A stretch of 64,000 nucleotides of DNA, from assembly GCA_023267655.1 (NCBI GenBank), contig JAHFMV010000001.1, positions 95,954-159,953 on the forward strand, in the 5' to 3' direction. The notes beneath the pieces are model-generated. The model saw nothing but the letters and a program-made list of their open reading frames with translations, was not told the origin of the DNA and made no database searches. Both the position numbers and the translations under genes were made by a program. The stretch comes from Candidatus Kaiserbacteria bacterium (GTDB lineage: Bacteria > Patescibacteriota > Minisyncoccia > Phycocordibacterales > UBA2100). Below are positions 55,926 to 64,000 of the stretch, piece after piece (position 1 is the first letter of the stretch; each line of letters opens with the position of its first letter).

Positions 55926-57914
55926 ATGTTTCGAGTGATAACTCGGGCGCATTCTCTGCATAGTGCGTTTCTTACCGCCGGACTCTCTGTCGTATTTGTT
56001 GTTGGTTATATCGGCTTGGCGTTGTATGTGTTGCCAGAGCTTCATTCGGTCGTGCAGTTGCGCGCGACTGAAGCGGGCGTTGCCTCAGAACTATTGCGAC
56101 TTCAAGGTGAAGGCAACGGTCTCGCGAAGGTCCCAGCCTTTACCGATACGGTTCAGCGTGGGGACGCGTCTGAGATGTTCTCGATTCTTTCACAAGCGCA
56201 GACCGAACGGAACATTGAACGCTTGGCAGTGGCCGATCGCGCCGGGTTTCTCGTTTCTCGCACAAACGCGCCTGATGTCCTCGGCGATAATATATTTTTA
56301 ACTTCAAGCGTGGGACGAACACTCGCGGCTGGCCGCCTTGAAGCTGCCTCGGTAGGACCAAGTGCTCTGAACCCCGACCAAGTTCTGCTAACCACGGGAC
56401 GTTGGATCATACATGGCGGCGACCGTGTTGGAATCTTATTTGCAATAACGCCAGCGAATGATGCGTTTTCAAGACGATTCGCACAGTCGTACTTAGCGCC
56501 GGACACTGAGATAATCTTTTATACGAGGGAATTTGGAATTTATGGATCAAGTTTCAAAGATGCTGGAGATCGAGCTCTTGTCGCCTCATTTGCGCATCAA
56601 AATTCAGGGTTCGTAAAAACGGCGACGGATGATATGCGTGTTGTCTTGCCTGACGGGCGCACTTATATTATCCGCAATTTAGTATTTCAGGGCGCCGAAG
56701 CTTCTTCGACCGGGGCACTCGTTTTTGTCCCCGTCGGTCATGTAGCGTTCCTTTTCGTCGCGCTGCTTTTCCCTGCGGCGTTGTTTGCGGGGTTGGCGTT
56801 TATTCTCCATCGAAGGAATCGCGAACATTTTCGGTTATATTTCATGTCGCTCGTCACGGGCTCAGTTCTTTTTCTCATCATATCCGCGGGTCTGTATTAC
56901 TTTATCCATGGACAATTTCATCTGGTTCGCTCAGTACGATACCCGCTCTATAATTCAGTGCTCCGCATCAGTCCGGAAAGCGGCGTATTTAGTTCAAAAT
57001 ACTCCCGAGCATTCAGCGTCTTTCTCGATACTGGTGGCGAAGCCGTAAACGCGGTGGCTACATCAATAACCTACGATCCGTCGATGTTGACGATCGAGTC
57101 GCTCGACACGGAGAATTCCGTATGTGAGCATTTTGTACGCAACGCCGTTGATCCGGGATCGGGAACTATTACAGTTGATTGCATCATTCCGAATCCGGGG
57201 TTTTCGGGAGCAACAGGTCTCATCGGGGTCATACATGTTCACGCACGACAAACGGGGACAATGTCGCTTCACTTTGGAGACGGGACACAAGTTCTCGCTA
57301 ACGATGGTCTAGGGACGAACGTACTCCGGACAACAACCGATGCAAGTATTCAATTTCAGGACGCGTCGCTTGGTAAACCCGGATCGTTGGCGGTGTATTC
57401 TCCGTCGCACCCGGACCCTGCGCGGTGGTACTCTCGCAGTACCGTAAGTCTAGTATGGTTGCCAGCGAGCCCGATCACGATTGATGTTGTTGATTCTTCC
57501 GCAGCAGGATTCCATCGTACCTTCACGAATATTTCACCCCCTTTTTCTTTCGTCACTCCGCGCGATGGTGCGTATACGTTCATTCTCAATGCCGCGTCGG
57601 GAACGGCGGCTACCTATATCGCGCGTGTCGACACAGGGACATCACTCGCTGTGCGCGTCGAAGCGTCAGACACCACCGTCTCGCCTGGCAGTGTCGTTCG
57701 TCTGCGAATATCAGGTTCAAACGACGTGAGCGGGCTGCAGAGGACCTATTATTTGAAAGTTGATGATGATTTATTTTATCCTGTGGGGTCCGAAGCATAT
57801 GTCCCGATTTCCGCAGGCGGCGTCCATATGCTTACCGTGCGCGCATTTGATAATGCGGGCAACTTTAAAGATACTGATGTGTCGATCAACGTCGCACCGA
57901 TCGTAAAACCATGA
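55926..57914 (+). CDS. Membrane protein: Cache-like extracytoplasmic domain, TMs, cohesin-like and Ig-like domains
   Basis: LDTGGEAVNAV...YDP...VLANDGLGT cohesin-like; SPSHPD..WY; VRAFDNAGN; the Cache call is tentative. Confidence 0.7.
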   Translation: MFRVITRAHSLHSAFLTAGLSVVFVVGYIGLALYVLPELHSVVQLRATEAGVASELLRLQGEGNGLAKVPAFTDTVQRGDASEMFSILSQAQTERNIERLAVADRAGFLVSRTNAPDVLGDNIFLTSSVGRTLAAGRLEAASVGPSALNPDQVLLTTGRWIIHGGDRVGILFAITPANDAFSRRFAQSYLAPDTEIIFYTREFGIYGSSFKDAGDRALVASFAHQNSGFVKTATDDMRVVLPDGRTYIIRNLVFQGAEASSTGALVFVPVGHVAFLFVALLFPAALFAGLAFILHRRNREHFRLYFMSLVTGSVLFLIISAGLYYFIHGQFHLVRSVRYPLYNSVLRISPESGVFSSKYSRAFSVFLDTGGEAVNAVATSITYDPSMLTIESLDTENSVCEHFVRNAVDPGSGTITVDCIIPNPGFSGATGLIGVIHVHARQTGTMSLHFGDGTQVLANDGLGTNVLRTTTDASIQFQDASLGKPGSLAVYSPSHPDPARWYSRSTVSLVWLPASPITIDVVDSSAAGFHRTFTNISPPFSFVTPRDGAYTFILNAASGTAATYIARVDTGTSLAVRVEASDTTVSPGSVVRLRISGSNDVSGLQRTYYLKVDDDLFYPVGSEAYVPISAGGVHMLTVRAFDNAGNFKDTDVSINVAPIVKP

Positions 57915-57932
57915 GATACTCATTACATTGCT

Positions 57933-58598
57933 ATGAATGAACTCGACGTCTTTTTTCTTGTTTTGATTGAATTTACCCTCATTCTCTTTCTGTGGAAACT
58001 CGGAAGGGAATACTTGTACGCATCAATAGCGACTAATCTCATTTTGGTTAGCGTCGCCGGACCAAAATTGATTGAAATCTTTGGGTACACCACGAATGTC
58101 GGCAATATTTTCTACGCTTCGGTCTTTGTCGCGACGTACTTTATCATCGAACATTGCTCGCGCAAAGATGGCGAGCGAGCGATCGGGCTCGGCGCCATAG
58201 TCGTGGTGCTCTTCGTGGTTATGGGCCAACTAGTCATCGCGATGTCGAGTGTACCAGAGACGACTGGCTTTAGCGCGGCACTCGCGACGATATTTAGGAC
58301 TTCTGTGCGCGTTGCGAGCGCGAGCGTGATTGCGTACATCATCGCACAAAGTATCAACGTGGGGATTTATGCGACGCTGCGTGAGAAGGGGGTGGCTCGC
58401 CTATGGCTTCGTGTCGCCACTGCGGGTGTTGCATCACAATTTGTCGACAGCATTCTTTTTTTCTCGATTGCATTTCTTGGGGTGCTCCCGCTTGCTGTCG
58501 TCGTTGAGAGCATGTTGGTCGGTTTTTTCCTAAAAGTCAGCATCACTCTTCTTAGTATTCCGCTTATTTACGTAAGCCGACGCATGCGGGAAACATGA
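57933..58598 (+). CDS. Queuosine-precursor transporter (YhhQ/VUT family)
   Basis: KLIEIFG..TNVGNIFY, RVASASVIAYIIAQ, SQFVDSILFFSIAF. Confidence 0.85.
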   Translation: MNELDVFFLVLIEFTLILFLWKLGREYLYASIATNLILVSVAGPKLIEIFGYTTNVGNIFYASVFVATYFIIEHCSRKDGERAIGLGAIVVVLFVVMGQLVIAMSSVPETTGFSAALATIFRTSVRVASASVIAYIIAQSINVGIYATLREKGVARLWLRVATAGVASQFVDSILFFSIAFLGVLPLAVVVESMLVGFFLKVSITLLSIPLIYVSRRMRET

Positions 58599-58625
58599 CG
58601 AGGAGTCACATCCAACAATCATAAT

Positions 58626-59945
58626 ATGCTCTCTCGGTGCATCCGTATCGCCTGTGTTGTGATGCTTCTACCAACATGCGCTCTTGCGCAGGATTTTTCT
58701 TCAACGAATTTTACGGTAACAGCGCCAACGATCGTCCCCGGTGGATATTCAACATCAGCCTCATTTGGTTTACAGAGCGTGATCGGTGAGATGAGCATTG
58801 GTACTTCGAGTGCACTGTCGTTCGGTGCAAACGTCGGATTTCCTTTTTTCCCGCAAGTCTCAACGCCGACGGTAAGTGCGACAGCGGGAGATGCGCAAGT
58901 TGCACTTTCGTGGAGCGCATCAACTGCGTACGTGGGATGGACCGTGGGCGGCTATAGCGTCGGGCAATCGACAACAAATAGCGGCCCCTACAGTTTTTCA
59001 TCGGTTGGAAATGTCACGAGTTCGACGCGCACGGGACTGACGAACAGTACGACGTATTATTTTGTTATCAGAGTTCTGGATGGTCTCGGCAATACCATCG
59101 CAACTTCTTCGCAAGTAAACGGCACACCCGCGTCGTCGGGTGGGGGCGGAAGTTCTGGTGGGGGCGGAGGCGGAGGTGGAGGCGGTGGAGGAGGGGGCGG
59201 GGGAGGCGGTGGAGGCGGGGAGTTGGGTAGTATTGTGAATTTTTCTGGACGCGCGTATCCGAATCGCACCGTGACTCTCTTAAAAGACGCGCAGGTTGTC
59301 TCATCGGCGAATGCTGGGGCTGACGCGCGCTTTGCAATGAGCATCGGTGGCGTCGCCGCAGGTAACTATATTTTCTCGGTGTATAGCGAAGACAAAGACG
59401 GCATCCGCTCCAGCCTCCTCACGTTCCCCGTCAGTGTTTCGGGGACGACAATGACCGACGTCACCGGCATTTTTATCGCGCCGACGATCACGGCGGACAA
59501 AAGCCAGGTGAAGCAAGGCGACAACATCACGTTCTTTGGGCAGAGCGCGGCAAATTCGGACATCACCATCACCGTTCATTCCGATCAAGAAATCTATGGT
59601 AAAGCGAAATCGGATGCGAGCGGCGTCTATTTGTATACGCTCGATTCGCAGCAGCTTGAGATGGGTGACCACTCCGCAAAATCAAAAAGCGCGCTCGCGA
59701 GCGAGATAAGTTCGTTTAGCGCGGCTGTGCAATTTACCGTGGGCGAGAAAAATGTCGAACTCGAAAAAGAAAAGAAAGCTCCGAAAGCTGACGCGAATGG
59801 TGACGGCAAAGTAAATCTCGTTGATTTTTCCGTCGTCGCGTATTGGTACGGCCGCGCAAAGCCGCCCGCAAAGGCAGATCTGAACGGCGACGGCAAAGTA
59901 AACCTCGTTGACCTTTCAATATTGGCTTATAACTGGACCGGCTGA
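58626..59945 (+). CDS. Secreted FN3, poly-Gly, Ig-like and dockerin protein
   Basis: Signal peptide, GLTNSTTYYFVI FN3, run of about 20 Gly, duplicated ADxNGDGKVNLVD dockerin loops. Confidence 0.85.
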   Translation: MLSRCIRIACVVMLLPTCALAQDFSSTNFTVTAPTIVPGGYSTSASFGLQSVIGEMSIGTSSALSFGANVGFPFFPQVSTPTVSATAGDAQVALSWSASTAYVGWTVGGYSVGQSTTNSGPYSFSSVGNVTSSTRTGLTNSTTYYFVIRVLDGLGNTIATSSQVNGTPASSGGGGSSGGGGGGGGGGGGGGGGGGGGGELGSIVNFSGRAYPNRTVTLLKDAQVVSSANAGADARFAMSIGGVAAGNYIFSVYSEDKDGIRSSLLTFPVSVSGTTMTDVTGIFIAPTITADKSQVKQGDNITFFGQSAANSDITITVHSDQEIYGKAKSDASGVYLYTLDSQQLEMGDHSAKSKSALASEISSFSAAVQFTVGEKNVELEKEKKAPKADANGDGKVNLVDFSVVAYWYGRAKPPAKADLNGDGKVNLVDLSILAYNWTG

Positions 59946-59946
59946 T

Positions 59947-60819
59947 ATGCGCCTCGCTCTTACCATTCTCCTTACCCTCGGTATCGCGTCGCCTGCAGCG
60001 GCTGCGGAACTGCAGCTGCAGGCGCAGGGCGCTGCACAAGCAGGTGGGCAGATCGTATTGACCGCATTACTCGATAGCGGTGGTGAATCCATTAATGCTA
60101 TAGAAGGAACCTTGCAGTATCCGCACGACCTCGTGAAGCTTCGAGAAATTCGCGACGGCAATTCTCTGGTTAATTTTTGGGCCGAACGTCCGCACGACGG
60201 CGCGGACGGCATCCGCTTTGCCGGCGTTACGCCGGGTGGTTATGCCGGGAGTGGCAGGGAGGTGTTTTCTCTGGTTTTCGATGTCCAAAAGGGTGAGAAG
60301 ATTCGCTACACGCTTCGGGATGCGCGTGCGCTCATAAATGACGGTCAAGGGACTCCGGTATCGCTCACGCTTTCTCCCACGGTGATTCTTGTCCCGACGG
60401 TATCGGGTGCAATCGACCCTACGCACGACGTCACGTTGCCCGAGCCGTTCACCCCTGTACGAGGAAGCGATCCGGCGCTGTTTTCTGGTGCGCCGTTCAT
60501 TGCGTTCGTCACACAAGACAAGCAATCGGGCGTCGATCATTATGAAGTTGCAGAGCAGAAAGGTTTTATGATGCCGTCAGTACTCTATCACCAGCTTACG
60601 TGGGAGCATGCCGAAAGCCCATTTGCGCTGCGCGACGCGAACGAGGACGCGTACGTATATGTGAAAGCTGTCGATCGCGCAGGCAATGAGCGTGTTGCAG
60701 TCCTATCCCCTCGTAATCTGCCTTTGCGCTACAATCCACCCTTCATTCTCGCTATACTGCTTCTTATGCTCGGCGTCTGGGTGATCTACCGGCGCAGGGT
60801 TCACCAATTGTATGAATAA
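59947..60819 (+). CDS. Cohesin-domain protein with C-terminal TM anchor
   Basis: LDSGGESINAIEGTLQYP...ALINDGQGT; VKAVDRAGN; C-terminal TM. Confidence 0.8.
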   Translation: MRLALTILLTLGIASPAAAAELQLQAQGAAQAGGQIVLTALLDSGGESINAIEGTLQYPHDLVKLREIRDGNSLVNFWAERPHDGADGIRFAGVTPGGYAGSGREVFSLVFDVQKGEKIRYTLRDARALINDGQGTPVSLTLSPTVILVPTVSGAIDPTHDVTLPEPFTPVRGSDPALFSGAPFIAFVTQDKQSGVDHYEVAEQKGFMMPSVLYHQLTWEHAESPFALRDANEDAYVYVKAVDRAGNERVAVLSPRNLPLRYNPPFILAILLLMLGVWVIYRRRVHQLYE

Positions 60820-62035
60820 ACTTTTGTACAACGTAGTATTACTTTCACTCTGCGCGTTTCTCATACCTTCCTTCGTCTCGGCAGCAACGATGCGTATTGC
60901 GCCTGCGGCGGCGTCCGTAACAGTCGGAGGAACAGCATCGATTGCCATTCAAGTAACGAGTGCGGACCAGCCGATGAATGCAGCATCAGGTATCGTACAT
61001 TTTCCCGCCGATTCGCTTCAAGTAGTATCACTTTCAAAAAGCGGGACCATTATCAGTCTCTGGGCGCAGGAGCCGTCATATTCAAACAGTGCCGGCACGA
61101 TTAATTTCGAAGGCGCGGTTTTGAATCCAGGATTTACCGGCTCCAATGGTACTGTGCTCACCATCACGTTTAAAGCGAAAAGTGCGGGCGTGGCACCGAT
61201 TACGATTGGATCGGGATCAGTGCTTGCAAACGACGGTAGTGGTACGGAAATTTTGACATCGGTTTCCGGAGGGAATATGAGCGTCACCGCAGCAGCGCCG
61301 GCGCCCGCAGTTACACCTTCTGCACCGGCATCTCCGACTGCGGCGCGATTAGTTATTACATCCACGACACATCCTGATGCGGAAAAATCATACCGCGCAC
61401 CTGTGGTACATCTTGCGTGGAATAATCCACCGGGTACCGAGGCTGTACGGATTTTGTATGACAAGAATCAGGGGACTACTCCGAGCGTGACCTACGATCC
61501 ACCGATTGAATCTAAAGAGATTGAACCTGGTGATGGCACCTGGTATTTCCATGCGCAAGCGCGCAGCGGAGGTGGATGGGGGCCAGTCACACATTTCAAA
61601 TTCACCATTGATCCGAATGCTCCGGAAGAGGTGGTACCTGCTGAACCGCCAATGCCGCAACTACCAGTTACTCACAATGCGACGCCATCGTTGTTCAGTT
61701 CGATCACACAATGGATTCTTGGTTCACAAACAATGCTACTTGAAATTGCGCTTGCCATTTCGTTGCTGATGCTTGCATTGGTTTCTCTATCACACAAACG
61801 CTCTCTGCGTCAGACACATGGGGGTCGTGTACGACATGTGCACGATTTGGTGCACCGTGAATTTAATGATCTGAAAGATGCGCTCACGGATGAACTCTCG
61901 GCGCTCAATCGCGCGCAATCGAAAAGAAATTTGACCACCGAAGAAAAGCGAATCGTCGCACGGTTTACAAAAATGCTCGACACATCAGAGCGAACGATTG
62001 GAACGGAAATCGATGAGCTTGGCACGAAAGGGTAA
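60812..62035 (+). CDS. Cohesin-domain protein with C-terminal TM and cytoplasmic helical tail
   Basis: MNAASGIVHFP...WAQEP...VLANDGSGT; STTHPD; WYFH. Confidence 0.82.
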   Translation: MNKLLYNVVLLSLCAFLIPSFVSAATMRIAPAAASVTVGGTASIAIQVTSADQPMNAASGIVHFPADSLQVVSLSKSGTIISLWAQEPSYSNSAGTINFEGAVLNPGFTGSNGTVLTITFKAKSAGVAPITIGSGSVLANDGSGTEILTSVSGGNMSVTAAAPAPAVTPSAPASPTAARLVITSTTHPDAEKSYRAPVVHLAWNNPPGTEAVRILYDKNQGTTPSVTYDPPIESKEIEPGDGTWYFHAQARSGGGWGPVTHFKFTIDPNAPEEVVPAEPPMPQLPVTHNATPSLFSSITQWILGSQTMLLEIALAISLLMLALVSLSHKRSLRQTHGGRVRHVHDLVHREFNDLKDALTDELSALNRAQSKRNLTTEEKRIVARFTKMLDTSERTIGTEIDELGTKG

Positions 62036-62073
62036 TCTCGCAGTGAATTTAGGAAGATTTTTCTCACGAAATT

Positions 62074-62092
62074 TTATCCAAACTGTGGATAA
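62074..62092. promoter_or_regulatory. Inverted pair of DnaA-box-like sites
   Basis: ttatccaaa-c-tgtggataa. Confidence 0.4.
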
Positions 62093-62553
62093 GTTTTTTC
62101 GCTCTGCGCTTCAATTCTCGAATCGGTGGTTAGAAAAATGCTCAATGTCCGGTTAAGCCGCCGGATCTACCTTTCGCTCTAATTTTACAGATTCGAATTA
62201 TTGTTGCCAAGAAGTATACGATTTCTCAATTGCTGTGCATCGAGCGGACCCATATATGTCCCTCCGTTGCGTATCTTGGGTAGCCGAGATTGGCTTAAAT
62301 ACTTGCTATCTCGGGCTGCCGAGAATAAGCAATCTCCCAGTAGCGACTTTAGCGTTCAGTAAAGACCGCGTAATTCATCCTCATTTCGTGATACCGGAAT
62401 CAAAACACCACCCGCCAGTGAAGTTTTAAAGCTACACATACGGCGTCGAAATCATGGCTATCTTGAGGCTTCTTTTACTAAAAACGCCTAAAAAAGCGTA
62501 TACAATTAGTGGACTCGTGAAGTGTTTGTGAAGGTCCAAAATCAATTCTTTGC

Positions 62554-64000
62554 ATGAGCCGCTACACAAAATTTTCAATCTACGCCGCCGACGTCTGTCT
62601 TGTGGTGTCATTTGTCCTGACGCCGCTTCTCACCATTGTCCCGATTGTGGCTGAAGCAGCAGCGGTACCCACTGTTCTGTCGTACCAGGGCCGGCTGACT
62701 GATGCATCGGGCAATCTTCTCGGCGGATCCGGCACATCGTATTACTTCAAGTTTTCGATCTGGGATTCCTCTGCCACCACAAGCGGCTCGCGTCTGTGGC
62801 CATCTTCAGCACCGACAGCAACCACCGCAAATGTTCGTCAAGGAGTGTTCACGGTCAATATTGGTGACACGGCGAATGGATATCCGGACGCACTTGATTA
62901 CCCATTTGATTCGACGTCCGTGTATTTGCAGGTGGAGGTGTCTTCGAACGGATCGACGTACGAAACACTTTCGCCACGCCATCAAATCGCATCGACCGCA
63001 TTTTCTCAAGTGTCGGGCGCAGTGCGCGGATCAGGACAATCTGCGGTCGGCACGACGACGCCGGTCTCAACATCAGTTCTGACGGTAGAGGCAACGACAT
63101 CGGGCGCAACACCGCTTACGGTACGCGGCGCCCCGAGTCAGTCGGCGAATTTATTTTCAATTTTGAATTCCGCAGGATCATCGTTGTTCTCGATCGATAG
63201 TGCGGGTTCAATCACCTCGATGGTTCGAGCTCTTTTTGGTAACGCATCATCGACGCAGTTTTCGTCGCTCGATGGTATTTTTGTTGGACGCACTGCAACA
63301 ACAACGATTCGCGGAGACGGCATTGCTTCAACGATTCCACTCGCGTCATCGACTGCAATTACCGTTTCGGGAACTGCATCAACGACGAACCTCACCGTAT
63401 CAGGATTAGGCGCGGCAAATTGTGACGTTAAGGCGTCCGCGGGTGGCGTCCTTTCCTGCGGTATTGACGCGGGAGGTGTCGGGTCAAATTTCGGAGAAGC
63501 ATGGACCATCAGCGGTGGCTTATTGGTGCCGACGACGACGATTGGAATTTCTGTTGCGGCGGCCTCTGCATTTACTGGCGGCGTTACTATCTCGAATTCT
63601 ACGACCACGAACGCAACCACAACGAATCTTGCAGTGACAGGCACGGCATCGACTTCAAACCTTGTCGTTTCGAATACGCTAACGTTCGGAAATGTGAGTG
63701 GATTTTTGAAGGCTACTGCAGGGGTGATCGCTGCCGCCGCAATCAATCTTGCTTCTGATATCACGGGTATTCTCACGGTCGCAAACGGCGGCACGGGATG
63801 GGCAAACCTTGCCGCGGGGGGCATCCTCTACGGCAACGGAACAGGAGCAGTATCAACGACGTCTGCCGGTACGGCGGGACAAATTTTGGCGCTCAATGGC
63901 AGCACGCCAACATGGGTTGCAACAACCACCTTCTCGTCAGGCCTTGCGTATGCGGCAGGCAACGTCACCAACACCGGCGTCCTTTCTATCACTGGTACGA
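62554..64000 (+). CDS. Large Ser/Thr/Gly-rich surface or adhesin-like protein (runs off the window; absent from the ORF track)
   Basis: MSRYTK...AEAAAVPTVLSYQGRLTDASGNLLGG...; NASSTQ, ATTTNL and VANGGTG repeats; no stop seen before the window end. Confidence 0.85.
   Translation, partial: MSRYTKFSIYAADVCLVVSFVLTPLLTIVPIVAEAAAVPTVLSYQGRLTDASGNLLGGSGTSYYFKFSIWDSSATTSGSRLWPSSAPTATTANVRQGVFTVNIGDTANGYPDALDYPFDSTSVYLQVEVSSNGSTYETLSPRHQIASTAFSQVSGAVRGSGQSAVGTTTPVSTSVLTVEATTSGATPLTVRGAPSQSANLFSILNSAGSSLFSIDSAGSITSMVRALFGNASSTQFSSLDGIFVGRTATTTIRGDGIASTIPLASSTAITVSGTASTTNLTVSGLGAANCDVKASAGGVLSCGIDAGGVGSNFGEAWTISGGLLVPTTTIGISVAAASAFTGGVTISNSTTTNATTTNLAVTGTASTSNLVVSNTLTFGNVSGFLKATAGVIAAAAINLASDITGILTVANGGTGWANLAAGGILYGNGTGAVSTTSAGTAGQILALNGSTPTWVATTTFSSGLAYAAGNVTNTGVLSITGT

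Noticed and set aside
59139-59219. G-rich tract as a phase-variation or G-quadruplex element
   Set aside because: It encodes an in-frame poly-Gly linker with mixed codons, so the protein explains it.
62100-62550. Riboswitch in the long leader of the surface protein gene
   Set aside because: No recognisable aptamer consensus by eye; an Rfam search would be needed.
63138-63824. Minus-strand 228-aa ORF
   Set aside because: Antisense shadow of the plus-strand surface protein starting at 62554.
1-64000. Alternative genetic code (TGA=Gly, as in Gracilibacteria/SR1)
   Set aside because: Conserved genes such as lemA, nrdA and folA end properly at TGA and have no internal TGA.

Overview
Bacterial chromosomal segment (genetic code 11, about 50-55% GC by eye). 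Gene content points to Patescibacteria/CPR, probably Parcubacteria; this is inferred from DUF5666/DUF5667 proteins, cohesin/dockerin surface proteins, a four-helix-bundle gene, a solo PaaX/Cas2-like gene and a RAYT. The window holds lemA-htpX, fba, tRNA-Ser(GGA), nrdAB (class Ic-type R2), rnpB, two toxin-antitoxin pairs, a folate/thymidylate cluster, ABC and MacAB-type exporters, two ECF sigma loci, two-component genes, a sugar/glycoside cluster and a cohesin-dockerin/adhesin cluster. The most notable observation is the glyA-mazG-dCMP deaminase-thyA-dcd-folA cluster. Its ThyA has Asp at the Asn177 position, the known dCMP-specificity determinant, and its Dcd homolog lacks the catalytic deaminase Glu. 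Together these suggest a methylate-then-deaminate route to dTMP (dCTP->dCMP->5-methyl-dCMP->dTMP), or a modified-cytosine pathway. Also seen are several families of small palindromic or mobile elements (heptad-repeat hairpins with and without a four-helix-bundle gene, CCCGTTAGA MITEs with 5-bp direct repeats, REP-like units, one of which forms a gene-fusion linker) and a split between apparently leaderless core genes and SD-led orphan genes. All calls come from reading motifs by eye; no database searches were run.
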